Source: Promethearchaeota archaeon
GTDB lineage: Archaea > Asgardarchaeota > Lokiarchaeia > Sigyniarchaeales > SOKP01
Length of the DNA stretch: 64,000 bases
Direction of reading: 5' to 3'
Assembly (NCBI GenBank): GCA_016839765.1
Contig: JAEOTP010000012.1
Coordinates: forward strand, 128,251-192,250
Every line of letters starts with the position of its first letter. Position 1 is the first letter of the stretch. The notes under the pieces were generated by a model. The model was not told the origin of the DNA and did not search any database. It was given only the letters and a program-made list of their open reading frames with translations. Of the stretch, positions 58,088 to 64,000 are shown one piece after another. Both the position numbers and the translations under genes were made by a program.

Positions 58088-59638
58088 ATGAAATCTAAAA
58101 ATGAATTCATTAAACAATTAAAAGGGATATTAAATGAAAATCAGATATTGACAGACTTTGAAGATCTTTATGTATATTCTTTTGAAAAAACTTTTTTAGA
58201 CCAAATCTATCCCAAACTTGATATTGTAGTCAAAATATCCTCTCTAAAAGAAGAACAAAAAATCTTGGAATTGGCTATAAAGAATGATATAGTAGTAATT
58301 AAAAGAGGGGAAGAATATCCATCTCGTTTTAATAAAGATACAGTTCTTCTGTTAGATGATGTAGAAATTCCCAACTTGGAAGACTGTATTGAGGAAATAG
58401 AAGATAAAGATAAATTTATTAAAAAAATTTATGAAACGTATAGAAATGGGTATAGTACCTATAGGAATCTTGCTTTAGCAGTTCAAAACCTATTATTCGG
58501 AAAGACTTTAAATAAGTGCCAACTATGTATCACGTGTTCTGGTTATTGCACAGTATCTCCTTCTTTTAACGGGATTGAGACTTGGAACTCTAAAGGAAAA
58601 ATGCTTATATCCAGAGGAGTAATGAAAGGAGAACTTGCCTTTTCGAATAAAGTAATTGACACTCTCTATTCATGTACTAAATGTGGACTTTGCTTTGCTC
58701 AATGTTATCAAGATCTGGAGTTTCATGAAGCAATACTTTATTTAAGAAGAAAAATTGCAGAAAACAATTTGGTTCCACAAGTTTTTTATACAGCAGCCAA
58801 TAATATTTCTGAACATGGAGATCCTAGCGCAACCACTGTTGATCGAAGGTTCTCACGAATAAAAAATATGTCTAATTTAATTTTACCAGAAACAGCAGAA
58901 ACTCTCTGTTTTTTAGGCTGTACTACAGCAACCAGAACACCCAAAACAACTGAAGCTTTTATCAACATTTTAACACGATTAAACCTTGATTTCACAATAT
59001 TAGGGAAAAGAGAAGGTTGTTGTGGCTACATCTTACTATCAACGGGATTATGGGAACAAGCTAAAAAAGTTGCGAATGAACTCATTAAAAAGATTGAAAA
59101 AACAAAAGCAAAAACTATTGTTACCCCCTGTTCAGGGTGTTATTACACCTTTACAAGGCTTTATCCTGAAATACTTGATCTTAATATACCATGTAAAATC
59201 CTTCATACGTCCCAATTTCTTGAAAAAATGATTAAAGAAAAAGAAATTAGGCTTAAACCATTGAATTTAAAAGTGACCTATCACGACCCATGCTCACTTG
59301 GAAGACATAGTAAGGTTTACGACCCACCTCGTAATTTATTGAAAGCAATACCAAATCTTGAGCTGATTGAAATGCCACTGAATAGAAAATGTGCACGATG
59401 TTGCGGAGGCGGAGCTGGACTTTGGACATTTAATAACAAGGTAAGTTTAGAAACAACACAAATAAGGCTTAAAGACCTAATTCCAACAAATGTTAACATT
59501 TTAACAACAGCTTGTCCACAATGTCAATTAAATTTTCGGTTTGCTTCTCGAATGAATTCTTTAACCAATAATTCAATAAAAATCTATGATATTACAGAAA
59601 TGGTTGAAGCAGCTATGAAAAATGAAAAACTTAATTGA
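58088..59638 (+). CDS. Fe-S/CCG-domain oxidoreductase with a short GlcD-like N-terminal segment
   Basis: CTKCGLCFAQC, FLGC, CCG, TPCSGC, YHDPC, CCGGG, ACPQC. The N-terminus EDLYVYSFE...DIVV...IKRG resembles the start of FAD-linked oxidases. Confidence 0.82.
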   Translation: MKSKNEFIKQLKGILNENQILTDFEDLYVYSFEKTFLDQIYPKLDIVVKISSLKEEQKILELAIKNDIVVIKRGEEYPSRFNKDTVLLLDDVEIPNLEDCIEEIEDKDKFIKKIYETYRNGYSTYRNLALAVQNLLFGKTLNKCQLCITCSGYCTVSPSFNGIETWNSKGKMLISRGVMKGELAFSNKVIDTLYSCTKCGLCFAQCYQDLEFHEAILYLRRKIAENNLVPQVFYTAANNISEHGDPSATTVDRRFSRIKNMSNLILPETAETLCFLGCTTATRTPKTTEAFINILTRLNLDFTILGKREGCCGYILLSTGLWEQAKKVANELIKKIEKTKAKTIVTPCSGCYYTFTRLYPEILDLNIPCKILHTSQFLEKMIKEKEIRLKPLNLKVTYHDPCSLGRHSKVYDPPRNLLKAIPNLELIEMPLNRKCARCCGGGAGLWTFNNKVSLETTQIRLKDLIPTNVNILTTACPQCQLNFRFASRMNSLTNNSIKIYDITEMVEAAMKNEKLN

Positions 59639-59702
59639 ATATTTTAAATCGATAATTATAGCTTATTCTGCTTTCTCTCACTTTTATTGATTTTCCAATC
59701 TT

Positions 59703-59858
59703 TTATTTTGCTAATCCTCGAATCTTAGGTTGATCGGGCCATGGCCAAGAAATTCTATATTTAATATTACAGTGAGGACATGTGGCTTCTTTAACATTAG
59801 ATTGAATTGGAAATCGTTTTAAACAATTCAAACATCTGCATTTCAAATCTTCGCTCAT
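59703..59858 (-). CDS. 51-aa Zn-ribbon protein (not in the ORF track)
   Basis: MSEDLKCRCLNCLKRFPIQSNVKEATCPHCNIKYRISWPWPDQPKIRGLAK*, with GTGA upstream. Confidence 0.75.
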   Translation of the reverse strand: MSEDLKCRCLNCLKRFPIQSNVKEATCPHCNIKYRISWPWPDQPKIRGLAK

Positions 59859-60107
59859 ATATAAGTCACATCTTTTTTCTAAATGTTTAGTTTAATTAGT
59901 TATGAGTTGAGACGTTAATATATTATGTTAATTACTATTTTATTATAAAACGGTTTCCATTACAAAACTTTAATTATTGTATTAATTACTAGTTTTTCTT
60001 CGATTTATTTAAATCTAATGGAAACTTTAAATAAAAAGTTAATTTATTTAATTTTTGAAGTGAATACAACTTAAAATTTACCTTCTCGATTTATTTCTGT
60101 TGAAGAT

Positions 60108-60125
60108 GTGGGCACAAATTCCCAC
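60108..60125. promoter_or_regulatory. Putative palindromic operator GTGGGCACAAATTCCCAC
   Basis: GTGGG-N8-CCCAC about 60 bp upstream of the AOR. Matches 47872-47889. Confidence 0.5.
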
Positions 60126-60185
60126 TCCACTAAAAATATTAAAGATTAGTGGTTTAGCGAGATTAGGAGGTAGAGGTGGTATATT

Positions 60186-62075
60186 ATAGTTTGGAATAAA
60201 AAAATTGCCTATATTGATTTATCTAGTGGAGAAATTACTAAAAAAACAATTCCAAAATCAATCCGAGAGCAATTTTTAGGTGGTAGAGGTATAGATATGT
60301 ATCTTTTATATAATCATCTATTACCTGGAATTGATCCATTAAGTCCTGAAAATGTTTTACTTATAGGTGCTGGATTGCTTACTGGAATTCCCGCACTAGG
60401 GAGTGGAAGATGCGATATCGCCTCGAAATCACCATTAACTGGTGCAGTTGGCGATTCTAATATTGGAGGCTTCTTTGCACCTGAAATGAGAATGGCTGGT
60501 TTCGATCACTTAGTAATAAAAGGAAAAGCTGAGAAACCTGTGTATATTTGGATACATGATGGAGAAATTGAAATAATAGAGGCAAGACATCTTTGGGGAA
60601 AAGATACTTTTAAAACACAATCACTAATACGTTCAGATCTTGGAGATGAAGAAATTAAATCCTTAGTAATAGGTAAAGCGGGTGAAAATCTTATCCGATT
60701 CGCTAATGTAAGAACTGGTATGAAAAATTCTGCTGGACGTACCGGAATGGGTTGTGTTATGGGTTCAAAAAATCTAAAGGCAATAGCTGCTCGTGGAACA
60801 ATGGATATAGAATTTATTCATCCAGAACAATTATTAGACTATTGTAAAGAAATGATTGATATGGTTATGAAAAATCGTTATTCAAGGGCAGCATCAAAAT
60901 GGGGGACACTTGTAATTTATAGCACCACCAATACCACAGGATTGATTCGAACTAGAAATTTTCAGCTAAATCAGTTAGATCAGGGTTGGGATATTGAACC
61001 TGAAGAAATGGATAAATATACAATCGGAATGTCGGGCTGCTATGGATGTCCTGTTAGCTGTCGTCACCGATATGTATTAAAAGAAGGTCCTTTTTCACCT
61101 ATTTTCGCGGAAGGCCCAGAATATACTTCGCTAGGAGCATTCGGTACTATGATAGATTGCAAAAAAATGGAAACAATTTTAGTAGCAAATCATCTTGTTA
61201 ATAAATATGGGTTAGACACGTTAGAAACTGGAGGACTTATTGCTTGGGCAATGGAACTCTATGAAAAGGGAATTATTACTGAAAAAGTGACAGATGGACT
61301 AAAACTTGAATGGGGGAATGAAAAAGTACTTTATGAACTTATCCAAAAAATTACTCAAAGGGAAGGTTTTGGAAGTATACTTGCTGATGGATTTAAACCA
61401 GCTATCGCTAAGATAGGAAAAGAGTCTGAATATTATGCGATCAAAGTAAAAGGTATGAGTAATTTACATTCAGACGAGCGTCCTACACCAAGTTTAGCCT
61501 TAGGTATTGTTACCTCAACAAGGGGAGCTGATCATTTAAGAGGCCGACCTGCTATAGATTTATATGGATTACCAGAAGATTTTTTGGAAGAGATATATGG
61601 AGGTTCAATGTCATCGGATTATAGATCTTATAAAGGAAAAAGCCGTATGGTTTGGTGGCAAGAACTTCTATACGCAGTAACCGATTCACTTGGTACATGT
61701 AAGTTTCAAACAGTTTTCCTGGCTGTTCACGCTCCAAAGTGGGATGAATTTTCAAAATTGATCCATTTAGCTTCTGGTATGCAGTATTCAAGATCTCAAC
61801 TTATGGATATTGGTGAAAGAATCTATACCATTGAAAGAATGTTTAATATTAGAGAAGGCTTTTCAAGAAAAGATGATATTCTACCAGAACGCTACTTTAA
61901 AGAAGCTACTCCTATAGGACTTCCAAGGGTGAAAGGAATAAAAATTGATAGAGAAAAATTTGAGGAAATGTTAGATGAATATTATACCCTACATGGATGG
62001 GATAAAAATGGAGTTCCTACTGAACAAACCCTCCAGAAACTTGGAATTCAAAGGGAAAAATCATCAATAATTTAA
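60186..62075 (+). CDS. aor: Aldehyde:ferredoxin oxidoreductase family (tungsten-type)
   Basis: KSPLTG, AGFD, IGKAGEN, GRTGMGCVMGSKNLKA, CYGCPVSC, EGPEY, RGADH, YYTLHGWD. The conserved N-terminus (KIAYIDLSSG...FLGGRG) lies in frame upstream of the track ATG at 60297. Confidence 0.88.
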   Translation: MVWNKKIAYIDLSSGEITKKTIPKSIREQFLGGRGIDMYLLYNHLLPGIDPLSPENVLLIGAGLLTGIPALGSGRCDIASKSPLTGAVGDSNIGGFFAPEMRMAGFDHLVIKGKAEKPVYIWIHDGEIEIIEARHLWGKDTFKTQSLIRSDLGDEEIKSLVIGKAGENLIRFANVRTGMKNSAGRTGMGCVMGSKNLKAIAARGTMDIEFIHPEQLLDYCKEMIDMVMKNRYSRAASKWGTLVIYSTTNTTGLIRTRNFQLNQLDQGWDIEPEEMDKYTIGMSGCYGCPVSCRHRYVLKEGPFSPIFAEGPEYTSLGAFGTMIDCKKMETILVANHLVNKYGLDTLETGGLIAWAMELYEKGIITEKVTDGLKLEWGNEKVLYELIQKITQREGFGSILADGFKPAIAKIGKESEYYAIKVKGMSNLHSDERPTPSLALGIVTSTRGADHLRGRPAIDLYGLPEDFLEEIYGGSMSSDYRSYKGKSRMVWWQELLYAVTDSLGTCKFQTVFLAVHAPKWDEFSKLIHLASGMQYSRSQLMDIGERIYTIERMFNIREGFSRKDDILPERYFKEATPIGLPRVKGIKIDREKFEEMLDEYYTLHGWDKNGVPTEQTLQKLGIQREKSSII

Positions 62076-62091
62076 AATTGAGGTAGATAGA

Positions 62092-62580
62092 ATGCAAAAA
62101 ATTTTGTTTGTTGATCCAGAAAAATGTACGGGATGTAGACTCTGTGAGAATGTATGTTCTATCTTTCATGAAAAAGTTAGCAATCCTTCTCGGGCTAGAA
62201 TCCATATTGTAAAATGGGAAAATGCTGGACTTTATATCCCGATGGTTTGTCAACAATGTGATAATCCTATTTGTGAAACTGTTTGTCCTATGGGTGCTTT
62301 GAGCAGAGATGAAAAGACGGGGGCATTATTAATTAATGATGAATTATGTGTAGGGTGCAAACTGTGTGTAATGTTTTGTCCACTTGGAGGAATAGGAATA
62401 GACAAGAATAGGAAAATTTTAAAGTGTGACCTTTGTAGCGGTGATCCACTATGCGTGAAATTTTGTATCCCTGGTGCACTCCAATTTATAGATGCAAATG
62501 CTATAAATCTAAGAAAAAGAAGACAAGCTGCAGGAAAATTATCAGATTTAATGAAAAAATTACTAGATATATCAATATAA
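62092..62580 (+). CDS. 4x[4Fe-4S] electron-transfer subunit (AOR partner)
   Basis: CTGCRLCENVC, CQQC...CETVCP, CVGCKLCVMFCP, KCDLC...CVKFC. Confidence 0.9.
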   Translation: MQKILFVDPEKCTGCRLCENVCSIFHEKVSNPSRARIHIVKWENAGLYIPMVCQQCDNPICETVCPMGALSRDEKTGALLINDELCVGCKLCVMFCPLGGIGIDKNRKILKCDLCSGDPLCVKFCIPGALQFIDANAINLRKRRQAAGKLSDLMKKLLDISI

Positions 62581-62613
62581 TTATTTTATATGAGTGTTTA
62601 AAAGGGTTAAAAT

Positions 62614-63558
62614 ATGGAAAAGTATAAATTTGGCATTATAGGCATAGGACCGACTGGCGGGATCATGGCAGCCCATCTTGCCCATGCAGGACATGAATTA
62701 GTTCTTATTGATAAAATTAAAAGTCATATAGACGAGATAAAAAAGAATGGATTAACGATAACAAACTTTAAAGAATTAAATGTTGATTTTTCACCAGAAA
62801 ATCTATGCTATTCAATAGAGGAACTTCAAAATAAAGAAGTAAATACATTATTTATTGCTGTTAAAGCCTCTTATCTTGAAAAAATTTTACCACAAATTAA
62901 AAAGGTAGTGAAACCAGGCACCACTTTAATTAGTTTACAGAATGGTTTTGATACAGAAGAACTCATTGCTGAATTTTTTGGATTTGAGAATTCTTTGCGT
63001 ATGATAGTAAATTATGCTGGAAATATGATAGCTAATGGAACAATAAGAATGTCATTCTTTAACCCTCCCAATTATTTAGGTGTTTTAACAGTTAAAGCTG
63101 AAGAAAAAGCTAAAAAATTAGCAGAAATAATCACTAAAGCAGGGTTAGAGACTTTATTTACTTCAGATATTAAAAAATATGAATGGAAAAAATGCATACT
63201 CAACACAATAAGTCCCATTTGTGTTATTACACGAACAACAATGAAACAAACAATGGCATTCAAAGATACAAGAAAGCTTGCAAGAGAAATCTTACGTGAG
63301 GGGATTGAAGTAGCCAGAGCACGAGGTATTGACTTTAAGCCAGATTTTATAGAATCCTGTATGAATTATTTAGATAAAGCAGGGCACCATCGAGTTTCAA
63401 TGGAAGCAGATATAAAGTCAGGAAATCCATCGGAGATAGAATTTCTTAATGGAAAAATAATTGAGTATGGAAAAATTGAAGGAATCCCAACACCCTATAA
63501 TAATATATTTGTATCCTTAATTAGGGGCTGCGAGCTTCCTCGGCTTGATAAACTCTAA
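62614..63558 (+). CDS. panE: Ketopantoate reductase family protein
   Basis: GIGPTG, AVKA, SLQNG, WKK, SM..D...SEIEFLNG. Confidence 0.82.
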   Translation: MEKYKFGIIGIGPTGGIMAAHLAHAGHELVLIDKIKSHIDEIKKNGLTITNFKELNVDFSPENLCYSIEELQNKEVNTLFIAVKASYLEKILPQIKKVVKPGTTLISLQNGFDTEELIAEFFGFENSLRMIVNYAGNMIANGTIRMSFFNPPNYLGVLTVKAEEKAKKLAEIITKAGLETLFTSDIKKYEWKKCILNTISPICVITRTTMKQTMAFKDTRKLAREILREGIEVARARGIDFKPDFIESCMNYLDKAGHHRVSMEADIKSGNPSEIEFLNGKIIEYGKIEGIPTPYNNIFVSLIRGCELPRLDKL

Positions 63559-63604
63559 TATAAGAGTAATATATCTACGAATTTTGTGTTCATAAGGTGA
63601 ATTG

Positions 63605-64000
63605 ATGTCAGATGATAGATATTTTGTAGGGATCGATGTTGGAACGTCATATGTCAAATCTGTGCTTATAGATGACGGTAAAGACGTTGTAACCTCCTAT
63701 ATTAAACGAACTGGGACATCTATAGAAGAATCAACTAAGACTGCATTTGAAAAAGTAATTTCAGACGCATTATTATCTAGGTCTGCAATTAAGCATATTA
63801 CAGCAACAGGATACGGAAAAAATAAAGTTTCTTTCGCTAATACTTATAGAACTGAAATCAGTTGTCACGCAAAGGGTGCTTATCACTATTTTCCCAAAAA
63901 AATAACCGTTATCGATATAGGAGGGCAGGATACTAAGATTATTATACTTGATGACAAAGGAAAGATTATTAGGTTTAAAATGAATAGAAAATGTGCAGCA
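63605..64000 (+). CDS. Acyl-CoA dehydratase activase (HgdC-like), runs off the right edge
   Basis: Manual translation: MSDDRYFVGIDVGTSYVK...TGYG...TEISCHAKGA...DIGGQD...MNRKCAA. Confidence 0.88.
   Translation, partial: MSDDRYFVGIDVGTSYVKSVLIDDGKDVVTSYIKRTGTSIEESTKTAFEKVISDALLSRSAIKHITATGYGKNKVSFANTYRTEISCHAKGAYHYFPKKITVIDIGGQDTKIIILDDKGKIIRFKMNRKCAA

Noticed and set aside
60186-62075. Class II benzoyl-CoA reductase BamB
   Set aside because: The motifs look like a general AOR-family enzyme (KSPLTG, GRTGMG), there is no bamCDEFGHI set, and a class I BCR is already present. A phylogeny would settle this.
1491-63263. Many 60-150 aa ORFs nested antisense or out of frame in longer genes (e.g. 10492-10944, 11948-12196, 24216-24515, 28190-28471, 38530-38991, 55805-56158)
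   Set aside because: These are shadow ORFs of well-supported genes with no motifs. The similarity between 24216 and 28190 only mirrors the paralogy on the sense strand.

Overview
A low-GC archaeal window, most likely from Lokiarchaeia (Asgard). This is inferred from the JAB/E1/E2/ubiquitin-like genes, the TFS-like and SCP2-like proteins, the SBBP surface protein and GGTGA/GGAGG ribosome-binding sites. (1) 1-19.9 kb is a mixed region: ABC transporter, RNase III, an N-ribbon-only TFS/RPB9-like protein, GDPD, acyl-CoA ligase, GH35, MFS, hydrolases, AmrS, two CCG Fe-S proteins and a UbiA protein. (2) 20-35.6 kb is the most unusual block. Three tandem ~1276-aa helical-repeat (TPR-like) proteins, each ending in an intact carbon-nitrogen hydrolase domain, are transcribed divergently from a JAB-E1-E2 cassette. 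That cassette converges on a pro-ubiquitin-like gene (GG-YSY). Upstream of it lies an unannotated Cys8 RING-like frame broken by an in-frame TGA. (3) 36.7-64 kb is an anaerobic aromatic/acyl-CoA catabolic island. It holds a Bzd-type benzoyl-CoA reductase operon (oah-dch-had-bzdN-O-[membrane ORF]-P-Q-M-V), CoA ligase, thiolase, dehydratases, MoaD/SAMP and a tungsten-type AOR that lacks a canonical start codon. The bzd and AOR upstream regions share an 18-bp palindrome. No rRNA, tRNA, CRISPR array or transposase was seen. All calls come from motif recognition by eye; no database searches were run.
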